Assembly (NCBI GenBank): GCA_018263175.1 | Contig: JADFDB010000001.1 | Location: 260-64,259, forward strand | Origin: Spirochaetota bacterium | GTDB lineage: Bacteria; Spirochaetota; UBA4802; UBA5368 | Length of the DNA stretch: 64,000 nucleotides | Direction: 5' to 3' | Part shown: piece after piece, positions 18,474-28,200 of the stretch | How the letters are laid out: each line of letters opens with the position of its first letter | Numbering within the stretch: the stretch's first letter is position 1 | The notes under the pieces: model-generated | Told to the model about the DNA's origin: nothing | Seen by the model: the letters and a program-made list of their open reading frames with translations, nothing else | The model's database searches: none | Translations under genes and position numbers: made by a program

Positions 18474-20375
18474 TCAGTCGCGCCCGAAATGCGCCTTCAT
18501 CTCGTAGACTCCCGCCCCGAGGTTGCGCTCGGTGTCGAGACCGCACTTGTCGAGCAGTTGCAGCACCGGTTTGTTCTCGATGAGCGCCTCCGCCGAGATG
18601 TAGAAAAGTCCCTCCCTGCGGGCAAGGAGGCTGAGGTAGGCGATGATCTCCGTACCGATGCCGCGGTTCATATGGCCGTCCCGCACGGCCAGCGAGACCT
18701 CGGCACCATGGTCGTGCTCATTGACGGCATACCTGCCGATCCCCAGCACGATTTCAGACCCTTCGTGATTTACGACCCCGAGGATAATCACATTATTCCG
18801 GTGATCGGCTTCGACTAGCTCGTCGAGGCCATCCGTCTCGTTTCCGCTTTTAACGAAGCGGCCCCGCACACTCTGGTCCGAAAGCGAAGCGAAGAAGTCC
18901 TGGAGGATCACACTATCATCCTGCCTGACCGGCCGCAGCAGCAGGCAGTCCCCTGCCCTCGTCGTACGACGGGTCTCGAGGTGGACCGGGTACCACCCCT
19001 TCCCCCCGGGTGCAACGGCCACCGAGGATTCTATGACTCCAAGCTTCTTCGCCTCGTCAAGCAGCCAGGGCCGGAAATCGGGATGCGCAATCGCGATGAT
19101 GGACAGCGCCCGCTCCCGGAGGTTCTTGCCGTTGATATAGGCTATGCCGTATTCGGTGACGATGTAATGGATGTCGCCGCGATTGAGGGTAACCCCGGCT
19201 CCCCCATCGACCGTCGGTACGATCCGCGAGATGGTGCCGTTACGGGCGGTAGACTTCAGCATGAGTATGCTTTTGCCTCCGGGCGCGAGCATGGCCCCGC
19301 GCATAAAGTCCGCCTGACCGCCGATTCCGCTGTAATTGTGCGGGCCGAGGGATTCCGCGCTCGCCTGCCCGGAGAGGTCGAGCTGGAGAACGGAATTGAT
19401 CGCCGTGATGTTCTTCAGGCCGGCGATCACGAGGGGATTATTCGTATACTCCACCGTATGAAAGGATATGCTCGGATTATCGTGGAGGAAGTCGTAGGTG
19501 GATTTTTTCCCCATGCAGAATGTCGCTACGGTCTTTCCGCGGTCGGTCGTCTTCCTGCTGTTGTTGATGGCGCCGCTTTTTATAAGCTCGATCAGCCCGT
19601 CCGAAAGGAGCTCCGTATGGATTCCGAGGTTCCTCTTTTTATGAAGGTTCGCCATTATCGCGTTGGGGAGACTGCCGTAGCCGACCTGGATCGTGTCCCC
19701 GTCCCTGACGATGCGCGAAACGAAACGCCCGATGCGGCCCGAGACCTCGTCCGGCTCACCCGAATCGTACTCGAGGAGGGGCTCGTCGTGATGAAAGATG
19801 AAATCGACCTTATCCACGCTGATAAAGGTGTCACCGTGCACCCTGGGCATGAACGAATTGACCTGGGCGATCACGATCGACGCGTTTTCAACGGCGGCCT
19901 TCACGATGTCGATGCTTACCCCTAGGCTCAGCATGCCGCTGGGGTCAGGAAGGGAGGTCTGGATCAGCGCGACGTCGATTTCGACGATCCGCTGATGAAA
20001 GAGCCTCGGCACCCCCGAGAAAAAAACCGGCGTGTAGTCGGCCTCCCCCCCAGTGACCGCCTCGCGGATACTGTGGCCGATAAAAAAACAATTATACCGG
20101 AAGTTCTGCTTCAGCCTCTCGTCGAAGTACGGCGACACGCCGAGGGTATAGGCGTGGATGATCTCGTCCCTGGGGAGAAGATCCGGATTGGCGGCCGCGT
20201 ATTCAACGAGCGATCGGACAAGATATCCCGGCACGGCGCAGGCCGTCGAAACGAAGATCCTTCCGCCCCGCCGTATATGGGAGAAGGCCTTCTCGATCGT
20301 GGTGAATTTCTCGGGGTGTCCGGAGCGAAGCGCTTCCACCATCGCGCGGCCGTCGTCCTGTATTTCATTTGTCAT
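18474..20375 (-). CDS. acetyl-CoA hydrolase/transferase family protein fused to a C-terminal GNAT acetyltransferase domain
   Basis: 633 aa. N-terminal roughly 430 aa match the Ach1/Cat1-type CoA-transferase architecture. C-terminal roughly 170 aa GNAT fold (..RGRFVKSG..., NRGIGTEIIAYLSLLARREG). Confidence 0.7.
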   Translation of the reverse strand: MTNEIQDDGRAMVEALRSGHPEKFTTIEKAFSHIRRGGRIFVSTACAVPGYLVRSLVEYAAANPDLLPRDEIIHAYTLGVSPYFDERLKQNFRYNCFFIGHSIREAVTGGEADYTPVFFSGVPRLFHQRIVEIDVALIQTSLPDPSGMLSLGVSIDIVKAAVENASIVIAQVNSFMPRVHGDTFISVDKVDFIFHHDEPLLEYDSGEPDEVSGRIGRFVSRIVRDGDTIQVGYGSLPNAIMANLHKKRNLGIHTELLSDGLIELIKSGAINNSRKTTDRGKTVATFCMGKKSTYDFLHDNPSISFHTVEYTNNPLVIAGLKNITAINSVLQLDLSGQASAESLGPHNYSGIGGQADFMRGAMLAPGGKSILMLKSTARNGTISRIVPTVDGGAGVTLNRGDIHYIVTEYGIAYINGKNLRERALSIIAIAHPDFRPWLLDEAKKLGVIESSVAVAPGGKGWYPVHLETRRTTRAGDCLLLRPVRQDDSVILQDFFASLSDQSVRGRFVKSGNETDGLDELVEADHRNNVIILGVVNHEGSEIVLGIGRYAVNEHDHGAEVSLAVRDGHMNRGIGTEIIAYLSLLARREGLFYISAEALIENKPVLQLLDKCGLDTERNLGAGVYEMKAHFGRD

Positions 20376-20563
20376 CCATTACCCCGGCTCTTCAGTCATT
20401 GGGAATACCACGATCCTCCCGGCCGTATTTTCGCTCATCACCGGGCCTCAGTCAAATACTAATTGGACTTGTTGTATAGCGTGCGGCCATCCAGTTTCGC
20501 CCGCCGCAGGCGGTCGGAAAACGCTTTAATCTCCAATTATGCAACAACTCCGCAGACCATGGT

Positions 20564-21295
20564 CTATTCGGCGAACACGCGTTCCGCGACCCTCCCGGCG
20601 AAGTCTCGACGCTCCTCGTCCTTCAACAGTGCAGGATACGGAAGCGTCATGACGGCACGCTCGCGGCCTCCGCGGAAAATCGTTACCGTGAGCTCCTGCG
20701 CGTTCCTTCGCCTGCAGTAACCGGTCCTCGCGAACCGGCACAGGGAAACAACGAGGCGGCCCTCGAATCCTTCCTTGGGTTTGGCCGAGGCGATTGCGGC
20801 CCTGAGCGAGGCGGTCAGCTCATCGAAGAATTTTTTAGCACTGCTGTCGAGATGGTCGTCCGAAAGCATCGGATCGAAGACCACCGTAATACGGGCACCG
20901 CCGGTCGCAACGGTTGTTTCGGCCGGTGCGATGTCTTCACCATAGGGGGTTTTGCCGTCGAGCGAGATCGTCCGCTCGCTTCCGTCGGCTTTACGGTAAT
21001 GCCTCGTACCGTCGAAATCTATGATTAGCCTGCGTCCATCCGGGACGCTTATCTCCCGCCCACCGTCCGGGCGCCGCACGATAACCGTTCCATCGTTAAG
21101 GACGGCCTTTTCGCGGTCGGGGTACTTGTATATCTTCGTGCCGTCGGGTTTGGCGTATTCCTCGTACCCGGCTCCCTTTTTCAGCAGTTTGGCGCCGAAG
21201 TAATCGAAGTTGGTGACGGTCTGCGCGCCCGCGGATAAAGAGCCGAAAAGAACGGCAGCAAGGGCCGCAATCACCGAATAATTCCCGTATTTCAT
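20564..21295 (-). CDS. hypothetical secreted protein
   Basis: Signal peptide MKYGNYSVIAALAAVLFGSLSAGAQ. No recognisable domain. Confidence 0.45.
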   Translation of the reverse strand: MKYGNYSVIAALAAVLFGSLSAGAQTVTNFDYFGAKLLKKGAGYEEYAKPDGTKIYKYPDREKAVLNDGTVIVRRPDGGREISVPDGRRLIIDFDGTRHYRKADGSERTISLDGKTPYGEDIAPAETTVATGGARITVVFDPMLSDDHLDSSAKKFFDELTASLRAAIASAKPKEGFEGRLVVSLCRFARTGYCRRRNAQELTVTIFRGGRERAVMTLPYPALLKDEERRDFAGRVAERVFAE

Positions 21296-21899
21296 GAAGA
21301 CCCCCATGGAAAAATTGACAAAGCCGGGACGTCGGATACACTGGACGGCAATGACCTCAATCGCTCATTACCGCGCCCTCGTGCGCCGCGTCGACGAGTT
21401 TTCCTCCGGAGTACTGCGCGAGCACGGAGACTCGATGGCCTGTTCCCCCGGCTGCGACTCCTGCTGCATTCTTGAAACCGTAAACGCACTTGAAGCCTGG
21501 ATGCTCCTGCATTACGCGGCTTCGCTCGGTCCGGTGCTGATGGATGAGCTCATGCGCCGCGCGGCCGAACCGGCAGAAGAAGGGCGGCCCTGCGTTCTGC
21601 TCCAGAACGGGCTCTGCGCCGTCTACGAGGCGCGGCCGCTCATCTGCCGCACCCACGGGCTTCCGGTCTATGTGGACGGCAGTGTTGATTTCTGCCCCAA
21701 AAACTTTTCCGGGCTCGGCCGCATCGAATCGCCGTTTATCCTCGGGATAGAAAACCTCAATACGATGCTCGGGGCCATCAACCTGCAATTCCAGCGCGAA
21801 CATCCGGCTTCGTTTTTCCAACAGGAGCGTCTTAACCTGCGGGAATTATTTAAGCGCCCGGTGGCCGATATCCTTGCGGAAGACGGCCCCCTCGAATGA
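21294..21899 (+). CDS. YkgJ-family cysteine-cluster (CxxCxxCC) putative Fe-S/zinc-binding protein
   Basis: CSPGCDSCC motif plus downstream CVLLQNGLCAVYEARPLICRTHG, typical of UPF0153/YkgJ proteins. True start may be an internal Met. Confidence 0.6.
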   Translation: MKTPMEKLTKPGRRIHWTAMTSIAHYRALVRRVDEFSSGVLREHGDSMACSPGCDSCCILETVNALEAWMLLHYAASLGPVLMDELMRRAAEPAEEGRPCVLLQNGLCAVYEARPLICRTHGLPVYVDGSVDFCPKNFSGLGRIESPFILGIENLNTMLGAINLQFQREHPASFFQQERLNLRELFKRPVADILAEDGPLE

Positions 21900-23090
21900 T
21901 ATCCTCCCGACCGCCTCGTACGCCAGTTCGCGCGCACCGGCGAGATCGTTCGCCGTCGCCGTCACGTTGAGCACCCTGCCGCCGGCGGTGTAGCAGGAGC
22001 CATCCCGCGTTTCGGTGCCGGCATGGAACACCAGCGCACCCTCCGGCAGCGAGTCGAGGCCCTTTATCGGCTTTCCCGTTTCATATTCTCCGGGGTATCC
22101 TCCCGAGGCCATTACGACGGTTATCGCGCTCTTCCGCTTGAAACGAACCGCACACCGCGCGAGCGTGCCATCCACGGCGGCGCTGAAAAGCTCTCCGAGC
22201 CTGTTTTCCAAAAGCGGCAGAATCACCTGCGTTTCGGGATCACCGAAGCGGGCGTTGAACTCGAGGACCCGGATCTCGTCCCCCTTCACGATGACCCCGG
22301 CGTACAATATCCCCTTGAACGGGATACCCTCCCTCTTCATGCCCTCGATCGTCGGGACCAGTACCTCGCGACGGACGCGCTCGAGGCGTTCAGCCGTCAT
22401 CACTGGTGCCGGCGCATAGGCGCCCATTCCTCCGGTGTTGGGCCCACGGTCCCCGTCGAATATGCGCTTGTGGTCCTGTGCCGCCACCAGCGGAAGCACC
22501 GTGTCGCCGTCGCAGATCCCGAGCACCGAGGCCTCCTCGCCCTCGAGGTACTCTTCGACGAAAACCCTCATGCCGTCCCGGACCATCGCATCGACGAAAG
22601 CGCGCGCGTCCTTTCTGTTCTCGGGAATGCCGACGCCCTTCCCCGCGGCGAGGCCGTCGAGCTTGATCACCATCGGAAACGCTTCGGTCGTGTCGATATG
22701 GCGGAGAAGGCCGTCGCGCGTATTGAATTCGTGATAGTCCCCGGTGGGGACGCCGCAGGCGCGCATGATCCGCTTGGCGAAGAGCTTGCTTCCTTCGAGC
22801 ATCGCGGCGCGCCTGGAGGGACCGAAGGTCCTGATGCCCCGCTCCACGAGATAGTCCGTAATCCCCGCCGACAGCGGCACCTCGGGCCCGACCACGACCA
22901 TGTCGATCCTTTCCCCGGAGCAGAATTCAGCGATTCCCTTGAAATCGTCGATTTTCAGCTTCACGCGGAATTCTTCGGCGATCCCGCCGTTTCCCGGCAG
23001 AACGTACACCTCGTCGGCGCTGCCGTCGGATAGAAGCCTCCAGGCGATCGCGTGCTCCCTGCCGCCCGAACCAATTATGCAATAGCGCAT
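21846..23090 (-). CDS. purD: phosphoribosylamine--glycine ligase
   Basis: MRYCIIGSGGREHAIAWRL N-terminus. ATP-grasp core. Length about 414 aa. Confidence 0.9.
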   Translation of the reverse strand: MRYCIIGSGGREHAIAWRLLSDGSADEVYVLPGNGGIAEEFRVKLKIDDFKGIAEFCSGERIDMVVVGPEVPLSAGITDYLVERGIRTFGPSRRAAMLEGSKLFAKRIMRACGVPTGDYHEFNTRDGLLRHIDTTEAFPMVIKLDGLAAGKGVGIPENRKDARAFVDAMVRDGMRVFVEEYLEGEEASVLGICDGDTVLPLVAAQDHKRIFDGDRGPNTGGMGAYAPAPVMTAERLERVRREVLVPTIEGMKREGIPFKGILYAGVIVKGDEIRVLEFNARFGDPETQVILPLLENRLGELFSAAVDGTLARCAVRFKRKSAITVVMASGGYPGEYETGKPIKGLDSLPEGALVFHAGTETRDGSCYTAGGRVLNVTATANDLAGARELAYEAVGRISFEGAVFRKDIGHRALK

Positions 23091-23195
23091 ATCCATCCCC
23101 CGCGTATCTTTTCAATAGTGCGCGACCGGCTCCGCGGCGAACCGCGGAGGCCCGGCATCCAATGAATCGTATAAAAGTGAATTAATCGAATATTG

Positions 23196-23232
23196 GCAAG
23201 TAAAAATGCGTGCGCAGCTATAGCCTGCGCAA
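23196..23232 (-). terminator. rho-independent terminator after the VWA-FHA gene
   Basis: Minus-strand stem tgcgcaggctatagctgcgca followed by cgcattttta. Confidence 0.5.
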
Positions 23233-23246
23233 TCGTCACACGGCGC

Positions 23247-24743
23247 TCATGATATCCTGGATCCGCGGAAGATGAAAAGCGTACGCCCGAGCCGGAACTC
23301 GTCCCAGTCGTAGAGGGGCCGTGGCCTGAGGAGCTTCCTGCCATTGAGAAAGGTTCCGTTGTCCGAGGCGAGGTCGAAGAGATAATACGCCCCCTTCATC
23401 TCCCTGATACGGGCGTGCCTGAGCGACACGGCGTCGTCTCTGATCACGATCGCGTTTTCCTCGTCACGCCCGATCGTTATCTCCTCCCAGTACATCGGGA
23501 ATTTCTTCCCGACCTCGGGGCCGTCCTTCTGCACCAGCCACGCCTTCGCGTAGATGTATTCCGGATCCTGGGGAGTGACGAGCCGGTCCCGGTGGAGTTT
23601 CGCCTCCTCATCACGTCTCAGGGCCGCCTCGAACTCGTCCGCTATAAAAGGAGGTCGTCCGCCCGATGCGAAACCGGCCGGATCCATGGCCGCGCGCCTG
23701 ATCGCGAGACTGCCTCGGCGCAGGAGAATCAAAACGCAGCCGATTAAAAGGACGATGATGAAAAGGATGAGCACCACGAGGAGAACCTGCGGCAGCGTGG
23801 GGAGCTCCACACCGACGATGCCGCGCCGGTAGGTTAGCTCGCGCGCGTCCCGGTCCCTGAGCGAATCGTAGCGGAGCCGCACCTCGACCGAACGCGCTTT
23901 GCCGTCGGCCGGCGCCATCGAGCGGAAACGTACGTCATACCGGTTCGACCCGCCGGTTTTCAGCGTGCCATAGAGCGCACGAATGTCCTCCTCCGCGCAG
24001 CACCGGACAAAGCTGCCGCCGGTGAGCCTCGCGATGCGCTCCAGGCGGCGCGACGCCCGGCCCGGACGGACGGCGACGACATGCACGGGTACCGCATTCT
24101 CCTTCGCGAGGGCCACGACGTCGCCGCTCTCCAGGCTGCTCCCCTCGTCCCTGCCGTCGGTGAAGACGATCACCGCCTTTGGGCCGGCGCCGTCCCTGCC
24201 GAGCAATCCGATCGAATCATAGACCGCGGTGTAGAGCTGGGTGCGCGAGCCGTGCCCTTTCGCTTCGCCAACACAGCGGTCGAGCCGCTCGCGCGCGGTC
24301 GTGAGCGGACAGGCGATATTCACCTCGTCGTTGAAGCGCACGACGGCGAAGCTGTCCGCGGGAGAGGAGGCATCGATAAGGCCCAGGGCGGCCCTTTTGA
24401 CGCGCTCGAGGTCTTTCGCGCTGATGCTCCTGCTCGAGTCGATGGCGAGGACGAAACGGGCCGCCGCGGCGTTTTCTGCCGAGGGCTTTACGCTCACGTA
24501 ATTGACGCGGAAACCGTCCTCGTAGACCTGTATGTTTTCGTCGCTCAGGTTGGCGACGGCATCCCGTCCCCCGTTCGACACGGCGACGCGAAGCAGAACC
24601 GTCGGGAATTCGGCCCCGGCATCCACCGAGAGAATCCTGATGTTCGGTCCCGCCTGCACGGGCGCGACGATGCAGGCGACAAGAAAGAAAAGCGCCGCCG
24701 TGCGGAGAAGGAGTTTTATCCTGTGTTCGAGCCGTGGAATCAT
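23247..24743 (-). CDS. membrane protein with extracytoplasmic von Willebrand factor A domain and cytoplasmic FHA domain
   Basis: Signal peptide. VWA-like segment (VLAIDSSRSIS... MIDAS-like DxSxS). Central TM helix (VLLVVLILFIIVLLIGCVLILL). C-terminal FHA (ITIGRDEENAIVIRDDAVSLRHARI...NGTFLNG). Confidence 0.7.
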   Translation of the reverse strand: MIPRLEHRIKLLLRTAALFFLVACIVAPVQAGPNIRILSVDAGAEFPTVLLRVAVSNGGRDAVANLSDENIQVYEDGFRVNYVSVKPSAENAAAARFVLAIDSSRSISAKDLERVKRAALGLIDASSPADSFAVVRFNDEVNIACPLTTARERLDRCVGEAKGHGSRTQLYTAVYDSIGLLGRDGAGPKAVIVFTDGRDEGSSLESGDVVALAKENAVPVHVVAVRPGRASRRLERIARLTGGSFVRCCAEEDIRALYGTLKTGGSNRYDVRFRSMAPADGKARSVEVRLRYDSLRDRDARELTYRRGIVGVELPTLPQVLLVVLILFIIVLLIGCVLILLRRGSLAIRRAAMDPAGFASGGRPPFIADEFEAALRRDEEAKLHRDRLVTPQDPEYIYAKAWLVQKDGPEVGKKFPMYWEEITIGRDEENAIVIRDDAVSLRHARIREMKGAYYLFDLASDNGTFLNGRKLLRPRPLYDWDEFRLGRTLFIFRGSRIS

Positions 24744-24864
24744 GTCATGCTTCGATTTTTCTCAAGATAGCGTTTTCTGTATATACTATCGGTTCAGCCG
24801 GATAATCTGTGCAGGCTTTTTCGATCCCGGCAAGCCGGGATGACGCACCGCCGGCAGACGGCGC

Positions 24865-25359
24865 TCAGCCGTTTTGCGTACCGCAGTCGGCAACCCTCCC
24901 CCGTAAAAGCTCCACCGCGTGCGGGATCGCCTGTTCGATCACCTCGAGATTTTCGCGCACGGCCTTCGGGCTTCCGGGCAGGTTGACGATGAGACTGGAG
25001 CCGCGGATCCCGGCCACCGCTCTCGAGAGCATGGCATGCGGCGTGATGGCGAGCGAGCGCCGGCGCATCTCCTCGGCAAAACCGGGCGCCGCCCTGTCTA
25101 TGACCGCAAGCGTCGCCTCGGGCGTCAGGTCGCGCGGCGCGAAGCCGGTGCCGCCGGTGGTCAGGATGAGGTCGATCCCCCTCGACGCGAACGCGATGAG
25201 CTCCGCCTGAATGTGCATCATCTCGTCCGGAACGATCGACTCGGCCTCCACCGCGTGGCCCATGCGCTCCGCCCAGCGCCTGATCTCGGGCCCGGAGAGG
25301 TCCTCGCGCTCCCCCCTCGACGAGCGGTCGCTGACGGTGATTATTCCGACACGGACCAT
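24865..25359 (-). CDS. mogA: molybdopterin adenylyltransferase / MoaB-MogA family protein
   Basis: 164 aa. GIITVSDR...TTGGTGF motifs of the MoCF-biosynthesis MogA/MoaB fold. Confidence 0.8.
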   Translation of the reverse strand: MVRVGIITVSDRSSRGEREDLSGPEIRRWAERMGHAVEAESIVPDEMMHIQAELIAFASRGIDLILTTGGTGFAPRDLTPEATLAVIDRAAPGFAEEMRRRSLAITPHAMLSRAVAGIRGSSLIVNLPGSPKAVRENLEVIEQAIPHAVELLRGRVADCGTQNG

Positions 25360-25369
25360 AGCCGCCTCC

Positions 25370-25717
25370 TCATTCCACCTCGATGCTGACGATCCTGAAC
25401 TCGCGTCCGCTGATAATCTCTATGTCCGCCGACTCGCACGCGGAACAGGAGAAGCGCCAATCCTCCTTGGTGAACCTGAACTCCGTTCCGCAGGCCTTGC
25501 AGCGCAGCACGGCCGGCACATGCTCCACCGAAAGCTCGGCCTTCTCCGCGATCGTATCCTTGCTGACGAAATCGAAGTAGGTCTGCATCCATTCCGGAAT
25601 GAGGTCGGAGATCTCTCCGACCTGGAGGTTGATCCTGACGACCCGTTTGGCGCCGTTGCGCCCGGCAAAGTCAAGGACGATGTCCAGGATGTTGCCCATT
25701 ATCGAAAGCTCGTGCAT
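25370..25717 (-). CDS. hypA: hydrogenase nickel-incorporation protein HypA
   Basis: MHELSI N-terminus. Zn-ribbon CxxC...CxxC (CKACGTEF...CSACES). 115 aa. Confidence 0.85.
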   Translation of the reverse strand: MHELSIMGNILDIVLDFAGRNGAKRVVRINLQVGEISDLIPEWMQTYFDFVSKDTIAEKAELSVEHVPAVLRCKACGTEFRFTKEDWRFSCSACESADIEIISGREFRIVSIEVE

Positions 25718-25835
25718 TATCAGCGTTCCCGCCCGCGATGTTTTGCTAAATCTTTATACCGCAAGGGCACGATATAGATGCTGAGAGCGGGGTGTTTATT
25801 TCAAGACAAATTCCCGAAAGTGGTCCGCTATACCG

Positions 25836-27611
25836 ATGAATCGCAAACACTATCTGACACGACACGAAAAATACGTCGATTACCGCATCGCGCTTCTCGG
25901 AGACCGCGACTGCCCGGAGGACGGCATATCCGCGTCTCCGAGCGGGATGCTCTCCTATCTCATGGACCATGGCCCGCTTCCCGCAGGGCTTGCAGTCGAG
26001 CGCCGCCGCGCGCTCGAGGAGCTCAAGGACCTCCTCTACCGGTGGGACATCCTTGTGGACGGCGACCTTCTCGGCTATGTCCATCAGGAGCTCCAGGCCA
26101 GGCAGACGCGCAAGAAGCACGGCCGCTACTTCACTCCCCGCGATATCGTCGATTATATCGTTTCGCGCGCGCTCGCCGCGGGGGCCGTCGGCCCGCCGCA
26201 GCGAATCCTCGATCCGGCCTGCGGCTCGGGCCAGTTCCTCATCGCCGCCTATGCCCTCCTCTCGGGCACGGGCGGCCGAAGGTTTGGGAAGCGCCAAAAC
26301 GCGGAAGACATCATCCGTCATCGTCTCCACGGCATCGATATAGACCCGGTCGCCGCCTCGATATGCAGATGGAACCTTTCGCGGGTTTCGGGCGTCGGCG
26401 AGGACAAAATCACCAACATATACAATATAAATTATTTGTTCAATGAACTTCTCCCGGGGCCGCTCGCCGAAACGAGCGGACTCACCACCGTCATCGGCAA
26501 CCCCCCCTGGGGGTCGCGCCTTTCAGCGGACGAGAAGCGCGCGGCGCGCGCGCGCTTCTCGTCGGCGGAGTCCGGCATTAACAGCTTCACCCTGTTCATC
26601 GAGCGGACGAACGAGATACTCCGCCCGGGGGGCGTGATGGCCTTTCTCCTGCCCGAGGCCTATCTCAACATCGGCGCACACAGCGTTTCACGGCGCCGGG
26701 TGATCGACCACATGCGCATCCTCGACATCGCCTCCTGGGGTGAGCGCTTCAGAGGGGTGTTCGCCCCCGCGGTCTCGTTCATCGCCGCGCGCGAGGACTC
26801 GGCCGCCGCGCGCTCGCGACATATTGTCAGGATATCTCCGGCATCCGCGAACGGGTCCGCCACCTCCACGCTGATACCACAGGCCCATTACGATTCGACG
26901 CCGCAGAACATCTTCAACATACACTATTCGCGCCGTGCCGTCGAGCTCATTGCGCGCATGGAGGATGACGCGAGTTTTTATCTTAAGGGAGCGGTGCGCT
27001 TTTTCCTCGGCGTGGTGACCGGCGACAACCCGCGCCATCTCAGGGGCGCGCGTTCGGATGCAACGCCCGACCCTATCATCATCGGGCGCGATCTCACCCA
27101 GTACCGCATCGACTTCAGCGGACATCATTTCAGATACGACCCCGCCGCCCTCCAGCAGGTGGCCCCGCGCGAGCTCTACCTCACGCCGAACAAGCTTCTG
27201 TATAAGTTCATCGGCAGGCGGCTCGTCTTCGCCCTCGACGCCGAGGGCCGCTATTCGCTCAACAACGTCAACGCGCTCATCCCGGAGGATCCGTCCCTCG
27301 AACCGGAATGCCTGCTCGCGCTGCTCAATTCGCGCCTCATGCAGTATTATTACGAGAAGAACTTCTTTACGGTGAAGGTGCTCAGGGGAAACCTCGAGCG
27401 GCTGCCGCTTAAAAGCGCCGACGGCGGAACGCGAAAAAAAATGCGTTCACTCGTGCGGCACGTCATGGAAGCGCCCGATTCCGGCACCGGGCTGCGCGCG
27501 CGGGAGACGATCGAGGACATCGTCTTCGGCATCTACGGCATCGGCGATGCCGAGGCCGCCCGCGTCAGCGAGGCGGTCCTTGCCCCGCCCCAGGGCCTTT
27601 CGTTGCAGTGA
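25836..27611 (+). CDS. N6-adenine DNA methyltransferase, gamma-class (Eco57I/TaqI-like), apparently solitary
   Basis: 591 aa. GRYFTPRDIVDYIV (motif X), LDPACGSGQFL (motif I, AdoMet binding), GNPPWG (motif IV, NPPW). C-terminal TaqI-like target-recognition region. No nuclease or helicase domain and no adjacent restriction gene. Confidence 0.8.
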   Translation: MNRKHYLTRHEKYVDYRIALLGDRDCPEDGISASPSGMLSYLMDHGPLPAGLAVERRRALEELKDLLYRWDILVDGDLLGYVHQELQARQTRKKHGRYFTPRDIVDYIVSRALAAGAVGPPQRILDPACGSGQFLIAAYALLSGTGGRRFGKRQNAEDIIRHRLHGIDIDPVAASICRWNLSRVSGVGEDKITNIYNINYLFNELLPGPLAETSGLTTVIGNPPWGSRLSADEKRAARARFSSAESGINSFTLFIERTNEILRPGGVMAFLLPEAYLNIGAHSVSRRRVIDHMRILDIASWGERFRGVFAPAVSFIAAREDSAAARSRHIVRISPASANGSATSTLIPQAHYDSTPQNIFNIHYSRRAVELIARMEDDASFYLKGAVRFFLGVVTGDNPRHLRGARSDATPDPIIIGRDLTQYRIDFSGHHFRYDPAALQQVAPRELYLTPNKLLYKFIGRRLVFALDAEGRYSLNNVNALIPEDPSLEPECLLALLNSRLMQYYYEKNFFTVKVLRGNLERLPLKSADGGTRKKMRSLVRHVMEAPDSGTGLRARETIEDIVFGIYGIGDAEAARVSEAVLAPPQGLSLQ

Positions 27612-28134
27612 AGACCAGCACGAGATCGATCGTATCGTCTCCCGCGTCGTCGGCGACGGCGATGCCGAGCTTTCGGTATACGTACATGACGCTCCTGCGC
27701 CGGGTAAGGCGCTCAAGCCCCTCGTTCCCATAATTAAAGATAAAGGACTCCGCCCCCGCGGCGATGCCGACCGCGTCGCTCGTGACGCGCACCCTGTCGT
27801 ATCCGGCGACGGCGACCACCTCCTCCCCCAGCAGGAATACCGCGAAGTGACCATACGGATACTGGTAGATTCGGTCAAAGCGGATGGCGGGGCCCGAGGC
27901 CTGCCCGAACACCTCTCCGAAGAGGTCCTTCGCGTCCCCCGTGAGCGCGACGCGGTCCGGACGGCCCCGGTCGCGCAGCAGCGTCTCGACCCTTTCTCCG
28001 AGCAGTACCCCCTCCGAGCCGAATCCCGGCACGATCAGCGAGGGATCGCTCTTCACGCGGAAACGCAGCTCGTCGGCAGAGAAAAGGCCGGCGGCGAGGA
28101 GCAGAAAGGGGCTCAGCACGATGGCGAGCTTCAT
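27565..28134 (-). CDS. hypothetical secreted protein
   Basis: Start at MKLAIVLSPFLLLAAGLFSA (signal peptide). No identifiable domain. 3' end overlaps the MTase 3' end (convergent). Confidence 0.4.
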   Translation of the reverse strand: MKLAIVLSPFLLLAAGLFSADELRFRVKSDPSLIVPGFGSEGVLLGERVETLLRDRGRPDRVALTGDAKDLFGEVFGQASGPAIRFDRIYQYPYGHFAVFLLGEEVVAVAGYDRVRVTSDAVGIAAGAESFIFNYGNEGLERLTRRRSVMYVYRKLGIAVADDAGDDTIDLVLVFTATKGPGAGQGPPR

Positions 28135-28200
28135 TATCGCCCCACCCCCCGGCACGGCCGCCGCGCGGCGCGAGCGGACGCGTCCGACAGCATCGAATTA

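Noticed and set aside
22023-23033. 336-aa + ORF overlapping purD
   Set aside because: Antisense of purD. No motifs, Arg/Pro-rich.
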